Shown one piece after another: positions 21,477 through 31,345 of a stretch of DNA of 64,000 nt. The stretch lies in assembly GCA_045546975.1 (NCBI GenBank), contig JAZQDV010000010.1:257039-321038 (forward strand), read 5' to 3'. The position numbers and the translations under genes are program-made. The stretch is from Eubacteriales bacterium. Lineage in GTDB: Bacteria; Bacillota; Clostridia; Oscillospirales; JAAYXM01. Positions within the stretch are counted from its first letter, which is position 1; each line of letters starts with the position of its first letter. Under the pieces are notes generated by a model that worked only from the letters and a program-made list of their open reading frames with translations, was not told where the DNA came from and made no database searches.

Positions 21477-21962
21477 ATGAAGGTTGCAGTTTACCCGGGT
21501 AGCTTTGACCCGGTAACAAAAGGTCATCTCGACATCATCGAACGAGCAGCGTCAATTTTTGACAAGGTTGTCGTTGTTGCAATGGTAAATAAAAAGAAAA
21601 ACGCAACATTCTCCCTGGAGGAGAGATGCGATTTTCTCAAACGCTGCACAAAGTCTCTTGAAAATGTAGAGGTCAGGTATTCCGACGGTCTCCTTGCAGA
21701 TTGGGTGAAAGATATTGGAGACTGCGTACTTATAAAGGGGCTTCGTGCTGTGAGCGATTTTGAAACGGAATTCCAGATGGCGCTTATTAACCGAAAGCTC
21801 AACTGCAAGCTTGAAACCTTATTCTTGCCGACATCGGAAGGGCATTTATATCTTTCCTCGAGCGTAGTCCGTGAGATTTGCTCTCTTGGAGGAGATATTT
21901 CTGAATTCGTGAGTGAAGAGATACTTTCTGACGTTAGGAAAAGATTGTTGAAGGGAGAATAA
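21477..21962 (+). CDS. coaD: pantetheine-phosphate adenylyltransferase
   Basis: VYPGSFDPVTKGHLDII. Confidence 0.95.
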   Translation: MKVAVYPGSFDPVTKGHLDIIERAASIFDKVVVVAMVNKKKNATFSLEERCDFLKRCTKSLENVEVRYSDGLLADWVKDIGDCVLIKGLRAVSDFETEFQMALINRKLNCKLETLFLPTSEGHLYLSSSVVREICSLGGDISEFVSEEILSDVRKRLLKGE

Positions 21963-21964
21963 CT

Positions 21965-22450
21965 ATGGCAAGTGGAATCGAAGAACTCGTAAATATGCTG
22001 TATGATGCGGTTTCTGACGCATGGGCAATTCCTTTTGGAGCTGAAAAGTGTGTCATTGAGCGCGAAAAACTTCTTAACTTAATAGATGAAATCCGTGAAA
22101 ACCTTCCAAAAGATTTGGAGCAGGCAAGAACAATTGTTGAAAACAGAAACGAAATCCTTCTTCAGGCAAAGCGTGAAGCGGATGCGATAAAAGCAGCTGC
22201 AGAGGAGCGCGCACGTCACATGGTCGCAGAGGATGAGATTGTTATTTCAACAAAACAGAAGGCAAACGAGCTTGTTAATATGGCGGAGACCAAGGCAAAA
22301 GAACTTCGCCGTGCTGCAAACGACTATGCAGAGGATACATTAAGACGTCTTGAGGATGTTATTGAGCAGGCACTTAATGAAACGAGAGAATCAAGAAAGC
22401 AGTTCAAAACAGCCGTAGTAAAAGGTAGCAACCCGACAATTGAAGAATAA
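21965..22450 (+). CDS. coiled-coil protein (ATP synthase b / V-ATPase H-like), function unknown
   Basis: 161 aa rich in E/K/A/R heptads. Tightly coupled to coaD. No catalytic motif. Confidence 0.55.
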   Translation: MASGIEELVNMLYDAVSDAWAIPFGAEKCVIEREKLLNLIDEIRENLPKDLEQARTIVENRNEILLQAKREADAIKAAAEERARHMVAEDEIVISTKQKANELVNMAETKAKELRRAANDYAEDTLRRLEDVIEQALNETRESRKQFKTAVVKGSNPTIEE

Positions 22451-22493
22451 AAAATACCCGATGCCGTTCACCCAACGGTATCGGGTATTTTTT
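22451..22493. terminator. bidirectional terminator between convergent genes
   Basis: 18-bp stem, aaaatacccgatgccgtt / aacggtatcgggtatttt, flanked by A and T runs. Confidence 0.8.
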
Positions 22494-22498
22494 GTATA

Positions 22499-23470
22499 TT
22501 AAATAGACATTACCTTTGATGTAACATACATATCTTCTTTGAGTCCTTTTTTCATCCCGAGAGCTTCGTCTATGTCAATATCGAAAACTTCGGTGTCCTT
22601 TGAGCAGACAACACGGTTTGTTTTTCCCGAGATAAGTGTGCGGACGGCATATTCACCAAAACGGCTTGCCATAACTCTGTCTCGTGCCGTCGGGCTGCCA
22701 CCTCTCTGGATGTGACCGAGAATAGTAAGGCGTGTATCAATGCCTGTTTCTTCGATTATGCGGTTTGTAATGTCGATTGAACTGCCAACACCCTCTGCCT
22801 GGATGATGATGTAGTGCGAACGCTTGTTGATGCGTCCTGCGCGGATTTTATCAACAACGTCACGCTGGAAGTCAAACGGCTTTTCGGGGACTAGCACAGC
22901 CTGTGCACCGCACGCGATAGAAACGTAAAGCGCGAGATGTCCTGCGTTGTGTCCCATAACCTCAACAACCGAGCAACGCTCGTGCGACTGCATAGTATCG
23001 CGGAGCTTGTCAATCGCATCAAGTGCCGTGTTGCAGGCGGTGTCAAAGCCAATGCTGTATTCTGTTGAGGCGATATCGTTATCAATTGTTGCGGGAATGC
23101 CGATGGTACGGATACCTGCACCTGCAAGATCGCGCGCACCGCGGAAGGTGCCGTCACCGCCGATTGCTACAATACCGTCAATGCCGAGGTATTTACAGGT
23201 TGATGTTGCTTTTTTGAGACCTTCCTCCGTCATAAACTCGGGGCAGCGTGCGGTAAAGAGCATAGTTCCGCCTTTTGAAATTATACCGTTGACGCTTCTT
23301 GCGTTAAGCTCAACAACATCGCCGTTTATGAGTCCGTTGTATCCGCGACGGATACCGAGGCACGAAATTCCATGGTAGGCTGCTGCTCTTGCAACAGCGC
23401 GGATAGCCGCGTTCATACCCGGTGCGTCGCCACCGCTTGTAAGAACACCAATTGTTTTAATCTGTGACAT
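22499..23470 (-). CDS. pfkA: ATP-dependent 6-phosphofructokinase
   Basis: IGVLTSGGDAPGMNAAIR, GGDGT and MGHNAGHLA. Start set at ATG 23470. Confidence 0.95.
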   Translation of the reverse strand: MSQIKTIGVLTSGGDAPGMNAAIRAVARAAAYHGISCLGIRRGYNGLINGDVVELNARSVNGIISKGGTMLFTARCPEFMTEEGLKKATSTCKYLGIDGIVAIGGDGTFRGARDLAGAGIRTIGIPATIDNDIASTEYSIGFDTACNTALDAIDKLRDTMQSHERCSVVEVMGHNAGHLALYVSIACGAQAVLVPEKPFDFQRDVVDKIRAGRINKRSHYIIIQAEGVGSSIDITNRIIEETGIDTRLTILGHIQRGGSPTARDRVMASRFGEYAVRTLISGKTNRVVCSKDTEVFDIDIDEALGMKKGLKEDMYVTSKVMSI

Positions 23471-23490
23471 ACAAAAACCTCTCAAAGTAA

Positions 23491-26400
23491 TTATTTCAGA
23501 ACAACGTTATCTGCTCCGAGAATTTCGCGAAGACGGGTATATACAGCAACGTCTTCAGAGATATATGTGCGGAGCTTCTTTTTTGTGCTTTCAAAGTAGA
23601 GAATAGTCTCAAGCTTTCCGGGAAGCGCTGAGATAATCGCACGTACTGCACGGGCGTTATCACAATCTTCATCTTTGATACGCAGATAGAGCTTTTTGTT
23701 TGTTTCTTCTGCTGTATCAATATGCTCGTACTCTGAAATGTGGTGTATCTCATCGCATATAAGCTGAGGGGGAGAGTCATCACGTGTGCTTATTCGAGCT
23801 TTGACAATGACTATTGCGTCCTCCCTTAAGACATCGCGGTATTTTTCAAGGATCTTCGGGAAGATAATACCCTCGACCGAGCTTATAGTACCTTCAAAAA
23901 TGGCATAAGCCATAGTGGAGTTGTTCTTTGTTGTTTTAAGGCGGATTGATGAAACACATGCGGCAACTGTAACAAAATCACCGTCGCTGTGCTTTTCTGT
24001 ATCAAGCACGTTTGAAATGCTTTCCGTCTTGAGCTTCCGGAGAAGCTCTGCGTAGTCATCAAGCGGATGACCGGAAAGGTACACACCAAGCGTTTCACGT
24101 TCAAAGGCGAGTATCGTCTTTTTAGGGTACTCAGAAATTTGTGGAAGTATATCTTCACCTGCAGAAATAACGGGCTCTGAATCTGAGACCATGGAGAACA
24201 AGTCAAACTGACCTTCGATCGTCTTGCTTTTTGTGTATGAAATGCTTGTCAGTATGCTGTCATAAATCTGAAGAAGCTGTGCGCGGTTTGCACCTGTACT
24301 GTCAAATGTGCCGCATTTAATGAGATTTTCAAGTGCTCGTTTATTAAGACCTCTGTTGTGCATTCTTGTGCAGAAATCGCGAAGGGAAGTAAAGTTGCCG
24401 TTTCGTATTCTTTCCTCCGTAACGGATTTTACAAACTCGCGTCCTACATTCTTGACTGCGGCAAGACCGAAACGGATGTTGTCTCCGCTTACCGTGAAGT
24501 TGTCACGCGACTCATTGATGTCAGGCGGAAGAACGTTTATGCCCATATCACTGCAGACCTCGAAATATGCAGCAAGCTTACCGGAGTCATTAAGGACAGA
24601 TGTGAGAAGTGCCGCCATATATTCTCGCGGATAATTAAACTTCATATATGCCGTCTGGTACGTTATAAACGCATAGGAAGCGGCGTGAGCCTTGTTGAAT
24701 GCATAGTTTGCAAATGCGACAATTTCATCAAATATCTTGTTCGCAACATCCTCGGGAATGCCGTTTTTGATAGCACCCGGGATATTGTCCTCCTCATTGC
24801 CGTAAATAAAGTTTTTGCGCTCGCGGAGAAGGTCTTTTTCTTTCTTCTTGGAGATGGCGCGGCGAACCATATCAGCGCGGCCGAGTGAAAAACCTGCAAG
24901 CTTACGGAAAATATCCATAACCTGCTCCTGATATACAATACAGCCATACGTAACCTCAAGGATGTCACGGAGCATTGGGTGGAGGTACTTGATGTTTTCG
25001 GGGTTTTGCTTTGAAGCTATATAGTGGGGGATAGAGTCCATCGGACCCGGACGGTAAAGAGCAACAATTGCAGTTATATCTTCAATTGACTGCGGCTTCA
25101 TCTTCACTACAACAGAGGTCATACCCTGGCTCTCGAGCTGGAATACGCCTGCGGTATCGCCCTTTGAAAGCTCGGCGAAGGTGAAGGTATCATTGTCGGG
25201 GATGCTTGAAATTGAAAAATCCGGATTCTTAAGACGGACAAGTGATTCTGCATCGTGCAAAACCGTGAGGTTTCGAAGTCCCAAAAAGTCCATTTTCAAA
25301 AGACCGAGCTCTTCAAGTGTTACCATAGTAAACTGTGTAACAATAGCTTCGTCGTTTGTTGAGAGAGGGACGTATGAGGATACATCATCTTTTGTGATAA
25401 CAACGCCTGCGGCGTGTGTTGAACAGTTTCGCGGCATTCCCTCAAGAACAGTTGCCGTGTCGATAAGCTTTTTGTAGCGTTCATCGGCATCGTAGAACTC
25501 ACGGAGCTGGTTTGACGATTTAAGCGCACTTTGAAGCGTTATGTGGAGTTCGTTTGGTACGCTCTTTGAAATGGCATCTGCCTCGTTATAGGGTATGTTC
25601 ATAACCCTTGCAACATCACGGATTGAGCCTTTTGCGGCCATTGTACCGAAGGTTACAATCTGTGCGACACGGTTTTCTCCGTATTTTCTTACAACGTAGT
25701 CAATAACCTCCTGCCGTCTTTCCTGGCAGAAGTCGACATCGATATCGGGCATGCTGATTCTTTCAGGGTTGAGGAAACGCTCAAAGTAGAGGTTGTATTT
25801 CATCGGGTCAATATCCGTTATGCCGAGACAGTACGAAACAATGCTTCCTGCGGCACTGCCACGCCCCGGCCCTACGGGAATGTCCTGGCTTTTGGCGTAG
25901 TTTATAAAGTCCCAGACAATAAGGAAATAATCGACATAGCCCATCTGAGCAATCATATCAAGCTCGTAGGTCATACGCTCGCGGAAGGACTCAGGAGCAT
26001 CGGGATAACGCCTTGCAAAACCGTCGTGTACAAGTTTTGTAAGGTATTCAAGCGAGTTTGCAAACTCACCCGGCGTGTCATATTGCGGAAGATGATGTTT
26101 GCCAAATTCAAATTCAAGATTGCACATATCAGCAATCTTTACTGTGTTTTCAAGTGCCTCGGGATGTGAGGGGAAGAGTGAGCGCATTTCATCTTCGCTC
26201 TTGATGTAGAACTCATCTGTTGCAAACTTCATACGTGTTGGGTCGTCAAGAAGTCTGTTCATCTGGACGCACATAAGAACATCCTGCATATAGGCATCCT
26301 CGCGTGAGATATAATGCGCGTCGTTTGTGGCGACAAGTGGGATCCCTGTTTCCTCTGAAAGCTTTATTATTTCACGGTTAACTGTTTTCTGCTCGTCAAT

Positions 26401-26937
26401 ACCGTGGTCCTGAATTTCAAGGTAGAAGTTACCTTCGCCCAAGATGCTGTTGAGCTTAAGGGCGTATGAGCGTGCTTCATCAATCTCTCCGCGAAGGATA
26501 AGGCGGGGAATAGTGCCTGCAAGACAGGCGGAAAGGCCGATTAAACCGTCACTATGCTTTGCAAGAAGCTCAAGGTCGATTCGTGGCTTTCCGTAAAATC
26601 CGTCGATAAATGCACGGCTGACGATATATATGAGGTTTTTGTATCCGGTTTCATTTTTGCAAAGGAGAACTAGATGTGCAGGCTCGCGGTCAGTTGAGCC
26701 TTCCTTATCGGTCATTGAGCGCGGAGCAACATAAACTTCACATCCGATAATGGGTTTTATGCCTGCTGCCTTTGCGGCACGGTAAAAATCTATAACACCG
26801 AACATAACACCGTGGTCTGTTATGGCAATAGCTTCCTGACCGAGATTCTTTGCGTGTTCGCAAACCCGGTTGATTCGACATGCGCCGTCGAGCAAGCTGT
26901 ATTCACTATGTACATGCAGATGTGCAAAGCCACTCAT
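23491..26937 (-). CDS. dnaE: DNA polymerase III alpha subunit (DnaE type)
   Basis: 1148 aa. PHP domain HLHVHSEYSLLDG. The start overlaps the whiA stop by 4 nt. Confidence 0.95.
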   Translation of the reverse strand: MSGFAHLHVHSEYSLLDGACRINRVCEHAKNLGQEAIAITDHGVMFGVIDFYRAAKAAGIKPIIGCEVYVAPRSMTDKEGSTDREPAHLVLLCKNETGYKNLIYIVSRAFIDGFYGKPRIDLELLAKHSDGLIGLSACLAGTIPRLILRGEIDEARSYALKLNSILGEGNFYLEIQDHGIDEQKTVNREIIKLSEETGIPLVATNDAHYISREDAYMQDVLMCVQMNRLLDDPTRMKFATDEFYIKSEDEMRSLFPSHPEALENTVKIADMCNLEFEFGKHHLPQYDTPGEFANSLEYLTKLVHDGFARRYPDAPESFRERMTYELDMIAQMGYVDYFLIVWDFINYAKSQDIPVGPGRGSAAGSIVSYCLGITDIDPMKYNLYFERFLNPERISMPDIDVDFCQERRQEVIDYVVRKYGENRVAQIVTFGTMAAKGSIRDVARVMNIPYNEADAISKSVPNELHITLQSALKSSNQLREFYDADERYKKLIDTATVLEGMPRNCSTHAAGVVITKDDVSSYVPLSTNDEAIVTQFTMVTLEELGLLKMDFLGLRNLTVLHDAESLVRLKNPDFSISSIPDNDTFTFAELSKGDTAGVFQLESQGMTSVVVKMKPQSIEDITAIVALYRPGPMDSIPHYIASKQNPENIKYLHPMLRDILEVTYGCIVYQEQVMDIFRKLAGFSLGRADMVRRAISKKKEKDLLRERKNFIYGNEEDNIPGAIKNGIPEDVANKIFDEIVAFANYAFNKAHAASYAFITYQTAYMKFNYPREYMAALLTSVLNDSGKLAAYFEVCSDMGINVLPPDINESRDNFTVSGDNIRFGLAAVKNVGREFVKSVTEERIRNGNFTSLRDFCTRMHNRGLNKRALENLIKCGTFDSTGANRAQLLQIYDSILTSISYTKSKTIEGQFDLFSMVSDSEPVISAGEDILPQISEYPKKTILAFERETLGVYLSGHPLDDYAELLRKLKTESISNVLDTEKHSDGDFVTVAACVSSIRLKTTKNNSTMAYAIFEGTISSVEGIIFPKILEKYRDVLREDAIVIVKARISTRDDSPPQLICDEIHHISEYEHIDTAEETNKKLYLRIKDEDCDNARAVRAIISALPGKLETILYFESTKKKLRTYISEDVAVYTRLREILGADNVVLK

Positions 26938-27860
26938 CGGTGTTGTTCCTTTCGTGTTGTATTTTCTCGTGAAAGCTCAACGAGCTTGTTGAGTCTGTGA
27001 TTGAGTCCTGATTTTGTTATCTCGCCGTTCGTGTACGAAACGAGGGTGTTGAGTGAGTCCTCGGGATAAGCAAGGCGAAGCTCTGCGGCCTCTTTGAGTT
27101 TATCCGAGAGAGAATCGTACTTTCCGTCACTCTTGAGCTTCTTGATAGCAAGAATGTGTATTTTAGCAGCGTCTGCCGTACGCGTAAGGTTAGCATATTC
27201 ACAGTTTACCTGGCGGTTTGTATTGTTGCGAACATCCTTATAAAGCTTTGCCTGCATAAGCTCTATGGTTGAGAGAGGAGCGCCGATTCTTGTGAGAAAA
27301 TCCTCAATCTGCGTGCTTTCCTTGAAGTATATAATGTTGTTCGATTTGCGTGAAGCGGTTTTTGCGGAAAGGTCAAGCTCGAGAAGCAAAGAAACCACCT
27401 CGCGCGTAAGGATGTTATGCGAGGTGACGAGCTCAAGGTGATAGCGGAGCTTCGGGTCAGTAACCGAGCCACCGGTAAGAAAAGCACCTCTGCAAAACGC
27501 TGAACGCTCATCGTCACTTTCCACGATAGCAGCATTGAGACGCAGTGAGGATGAGGTCTCTGTGCTGAAGCCAAAGGCATCAAAAATGTCCTTTAGCTTT
27601 GCTTTTGATTCTATGATGAGATTGAACTTTTTTGTTGCGGTCAGAGGAGTGATTTTTCTGTCAAAATCAAAGCCGAAAAGACTTTTTGCAAGCCACGATG
27701 CTCTGTGCGCAACATTTTTGTTTTCTGTAGTTATTTTGATGCGTTCAAGAGTTGTTGTGTTTGAAAAAAAGACCATACCGCAAAACTCCGCAAGTGCACA
27801 CTTCGGAGTTTTGATAGGTATAGAAGAAAGCTCTTCTTTTATCTGTGCCGAAAAAGTCAT
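26934..27860 (-). CDS. whiA: DNA-binding protein WhiA
   Basis: 308 aa. N-terminus MTFSAQIKEELS... and a C-terminal HTH (SGLNHRLNKL). Downstream of rapZ. Confidence 0.9.
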   Translation of the reverse strand: MTFSAQIKEELSSIPIKTPKCALAEFCGMVFFSNTTTLERIKITTENKNVAHRASWLAKSLFGFDFDRKITPLTATKKFNLIIESKAKLKDIFDAFGFSTETSSSLRLNAAIVESDDERSAFCRGAFLTGGSVTDPKLRYHLELVTSHNILTREVVSLLLELDLSAKTASRKSNNIIYFKESTQIEDFLTRIGAPLSTIELMQAKLYKDVRNNTNRQVNCEYANLTRTADAAKIHILAIKKLKSDGKYDSLSDKLKEAAELRLAYPEDSLNTLVSYTNGEITKSGLNHRLNKLVELSRENTTRKEQHR

Positions 27861-27880
27861 AAACGCATTCCTTTTATCTT

Positions 27881-28741
27881 CTATCTTTTTGCATCGCGGT
27901 GCATACGCACAGCTTTATATCCGTTATCGGAAATAAATTTGCCTATTTCCTCGCAGAGTGCTACAGAACGGTGCTTTCCGCCTGTGCATCCGATTGCAAT
28001 ATTGAGTGAGGTTTTTCCTTCTTCGACGTAGTGCGGGAGAAGGAAGGTGAGAAGGTTTTTGATATGGGAGAGAAATTCGCCTGTTTGAGGCCATTTCATA
28101 ACATAGTCAAAAACTTCGGAATCAAGCCCTGTAAGCTCACGGAGCGAAATTACATAATATGGGTTTGGGAGAAAACGGACGTCAAAAACAAGGTCCGCAT
28201 CAACGGGAATACCGTATTTGAAGCCGAATGAAGAAACGTTGACGATCATTGACTGATCGCGAAGCTGAGCTCCTTCAAAAAACTCAAGAAGACGCTCCCG
28301 GAGCGCAGGAGCTGAAAGGGAAGATGTGTCGATGATATAGTCTGCCTTTGCTCGTACAACAGAAAGCATTTCACTTTCTGATTCAATAATTTTTTCAATG
28401 GGCGTTCCTTCAGTGAAGAGCGGGTGACGTCTGCGAGTTTCCTTGTAGCGCTTTATAATGACGTCTGTAGATGCTTCAAGATATATTATTTTGTAGTTAC
28501 AGTCAAGCGTTTTTATACTGTCAAGAGCAGAAAACAGCTCTGAAAAATCAAGACCCAAGCGGATGTCTGTGACAAGTGCAACATGTGCAAAACGGCTGTT
28601 TGCGGCAATGCACATTTCCGCAAACTTCGGAATAAGCTCGGGTGGCATATTGTCAACACAGTAAAAGCCCATATCCTCCAAAACTGAAACTGCCTTGCTT
28701 TTTCCTGCGCCCGACATACCTGAAATTATATAAAAATCCAT
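27881..28741 (-). CDS. rapZ: RNase adapter / nucleotide-binding protein RapZ (YvcJ)
   Basis: Walker A GMSGAGKS and the C-terminal motif IGCTGGKHRSV. Confidence 0.93.
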   Translation of the reverse strand: MDFYIISGMSGAGKSKAVSVLEDMGFYCVDNMPPELIPKFAEMCIAANSRFAHVALVTDIRLGLDFSELFSALDSIKTLDCNYKIIYLEASTDVIIKRYKETRRRHPLFTEGTPIEKIIESESEMLSVVRAKADYIIDTSSLSAPALRERLLEFFEGAQLRDQSMIVNVSSFGFKYGIPVDADLVFDVRFLPNPYYVISLRELTGLDSEVFDYVMKWPQTGEFLSHIKNLLTFLLPHYVEEGKTSLNIAIGCTGGKHRSVALCEEIGKFISDNGYKAVRMHRDAKR

Positions 28742-28748
28742 ATCTTAT

Positions 28749-29651
28749 TTATCCCCCCTTAATAAAGCAGATTTCACATTCGAGTTCAACGCCGTGGTCA
28801 CGGTATACCGTCTCTTTTATATGGTCTATAAGACGGAGAACGTCGTCTGCTGTAGCACCGCCACGGTTTATTATAAAGCCTGCGTGCTTTTTGGAAACCT
28901 CGGCACCGCCTATTGCATAGCCTTTGAGTCCGCTCTGTTCAATTAACGCTCCCGCAAAATGTCCTTCGGGACGCTTGAATGTGCTTCCGGCACTCGGGAA
29001 CTCAAGTGGCTGCTTTTCCCGACGGCGATGCGCAAGGTCATGCATACGCTCCGAAATCTCATCACTGTTGCCTCGCGCAAGCTCAAACTCAGCAGAAAGG
29101 ACAGTGAATTCCGGATGATTTTTGTAAATGCTTTGGCGGTAACCAAAATCGTGCTCATCACCGTTTATGGTAAAGGTCTCACCGTTGTGGAAGTAAGTGG
29201 CACTTTTGAGAACCTGTGAAATTTCTCCACCGTATGCACCCGCGTTCATAACAAGTGCACCACCTACGGTGCCCGGTATGCCGTGGGCAAACTCAAGTCC
29301 TGTAAGGGAGGTGCGCAGCGCTGCGTTTGCAACCGTTGAGAGAAGAGCGCCTGACTCCGCAAAAACTGTATTTTCTGTGACCGTCACATTTTTGCAGGAG
29401 TTTTTAAGTACAACCCCGCAAAAACCCTCATCAGAAACAAGAAGATTACTGCCGTTTCCAAGAATGAACGGTGAGATGTCAAATCGTGCGAGTATTGTAA
29501 GTGCCTCTTTCATGGCTTTGATATCAGAGGCTTCAAGGAAAAGCTTTGCGGGACCACCGATTTTGAATGTCGTGTGGCGTGACATAGGTTCATTTTCAAG
29601 TATGATCAGATTTTTTATGTCTTTCAGTGAAGAAATGATGTTTTGAAACAT
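28749..29651 (-). CDS. murB: UDP-N-acetylenolpyruvoylglucosamine reductase
   Basis: 300 aa. SRHTTFKIGGPA, GNGSNLLV, AGSTFKRP. Confidence 0.93.
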   Translation of the reverse strand: MFQNIISSLKDIKNLIILENEPMSRHTTFKIGGPAKLFLEASDIKAMKEALTILARFDISPFILGNGSNLLVSDEGFCGVVLKNSCKNVTVTENTVFAESGALLSTVANAALRTSLTGLEFAHGIPGTVGGALVMNAGAYGGEISQVLKSATYFHNGETFTINGDEHDFGYRQSIYKNHPEFTVLSAEFELARGNSDEISERMHDLAHRRREKQPLEFPSAGSTFKRPEGHFAGALIEQSGLKGYAIGGAEVSKKHAGFIINRGGATADDVLRLIDHIKETVYRDHGVELECEICFIKGG

Positions 29652-29686
29652 AAACCACAGTCCTTTGATAATATTTTGGTAGTGTA

Positions 29687-30979
29687 CTAATCTGCACTTG
29701 CAAGAAGACCGTCGTTGTGGAGCGAGGTGATTTTTACATCAAGAACGGTGTTCTTTAAGTCTTTCGCGCTTTTTAAGTATATTCTCGTGTAGTTTTTTGC
29801 ATACCCGGTCCAAAAACCGTCTGAAAGCTCCTCGAAGAGAACAGACTCTTCTTTTCCGATACGGGATGTGAGATAAGAGGCCTTGAGGTCATTTGCAACA
29901 GCAGAAGCTTCCTTGACGCGACGTGATTTTTCTGATTTTGTGACTTGGTCTTCCATCTTTGCGGCAGGTGTCCCTTTTCTCATTGAGTAGGGGAAAATAT
30001 GCATGGACGAAAAACTGCATTTTCTGATAAATTCAAGCGTTTTGGCAAACTCGACTTCATCCTCTCCGGGGAAACCGACGATGAGGTCTGTCGTAATGGC
30101 AGGGGAGTCAAAATGTTCACGAAGTAGAGAAACGGAATCATAAAATCGCGCCGTATCGTATTTTCTTCGCATACGTGAGAGAGTTGCATCGCATCCGCTC
30201 TGTAGAGATAGGTGAAATTGAGGACAAAGGTTTGTAAAGCTTTTTAGCTTAACACAGAAACTTTCGGTTATGGTTCTCGGTTCAATGGAGCCGAGACGGA
30301 ATCGAATGTCCGGAAACTCCTTGCATAGTGTTGCCACTAAATCAGCAAGTGAAAGAGACGGGGTCAAATCTTTGCCGTAGGAAGAAATCTCTATTCCTGT
30401 TATAACAATTTCCTTATATCCGAGACTTGAGAGCTTTTTGCACTCACAAATCGCGTTGTCAATCGGCATGGATCTTACAGGACCGCGGGTATAGGGGATT
30501 ATGCAGTACGTACAGAAGTTACTGCAACCGTCCTCGATTTTCAAGAGTGCGCGTGTGTGACCGTGAAGTCCGCCTGCAGGGAGTAGTTCAAACTCGCGTC
30601 TTGACAGGGGATTGTCAATTTCCGGTGAGGTTGAGCTCTCCTCATAAAGCTTATCTATAAGATTTGCAAAAGCTTCTTTATCAGCAGTACCCGACACAAG
30701 CAAAACTCCGGGTATTTCGCGGATGCTTTCGGGAGTCATCTGCGAAAGACAACCGCAGACTGTGATTTTTGCATTCTCGTATGTTTTTGCGAGGTGGCGT
30801 ATTGCACGACGGGATTTCTGGCTGCTTAAAGCAGTGACCGTACAGGTGTTGACAACGATGATGTCGGCTTTTGCAAAATCAGAAACCACATTATGACCTT
30901 TTTCTGAAAGAATAACGCTCAACGCCTGAGTTTCAAACTGGTTAACCTTACAGCCGAGCGTGAAAAAAGCAATATTCAT
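29687..30979 (-). CDS. mtaB: tRNA t6A37 methylthiotransferase MtaB (radical SAM)
   Basis: FFTLGCKVNQFE, radical-SAM CSNFCTYCIIP, and a TRAM-like C-terminus. Start set at ATG 30979. Confidence 0.85.
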   Translation of the reverse strand: MNIAFFTLGCKVNQFETQALSVILSEKGHNVVSDFAKADIIVVNTCTVTALSSQKSRRAIRHLAKTYENAKITVCGCLSQMTPESIREIPGVLLVSGTADKEAFANLIDKLYEESSTSPEIDNPLSRREFELLPAGGLHGHTRALLKIEDGCSNFCTYCIIPYTRGPVRSMPIDNAICECKKLSSLGYKEIVITGIEISSYGKDLTPSLSLADLVATLCKEFPDIRFRLGSIEPRTITESFCVKLKSFTNLCPQFHLSLQSGCDATLSRMRRKYDTARFYDSVSLLREHFDSPAITTDLIVGFPGEDEVEFAKTLEFIRKCSFSSMHIFPYSMRKGTPAAKMEDQVTKSEKSRRVKEASAVANDLKASYLTSRIGKEESVLFEELSDGFWTGYAKNYTRIYLKSAKDLKNTVLDVKITSLHNDGLLASAD

Positions 30980-31084
30980 AAATTCACCTAAAATTAATAA
31001 TAACAGTTGAAAAAAATATCTAAATATATTATACTTTATATATAGTACAAATAGCAACTAAAATTTGAAAAGGAGACACAAATT

Positions 31085-31324
31085 ATGTACAAATTCAACA
31101 TCAAGCTCACAACAATCAAAGAGGTTCAGGATTTTGTTAACGCAGCATGCAAGTGCATGTGCGAAATCGACATAATTTCCGGCAAGTATATAACTGATGC
31201 AAAGTCAATTATGGGTATCTTCGGCGTTGACCATTCAAAGCCCGTAACTGTTGCGGTAAACGGAACTGAAGAAGAGTATAATGCGTTCCGCGAAGCTGTA
31301 AAGGACGTTGTTGTCGAAGGCTAA
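31085..31324 (+). CDS. divergent HPr-fold protein with no His15 site
   Basis: 79 aa. Retains DAKSIMGIFGV (Ser46-type motif) and an HPr-like C-terminal half. The GIHARPA region is replaced by TTIKEVQ. Confidence 0.65.
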   Translation: MYKFNIKLTTIKEVQDFVNAACKCMCEIDIISGKYITDAKSIMGIFGVDHSKPVTVAVNGTEEEYNAFREAVKDVVVEG

Positions 31325-31345
31325 TAAATTTTCGGAGAGATTGAA

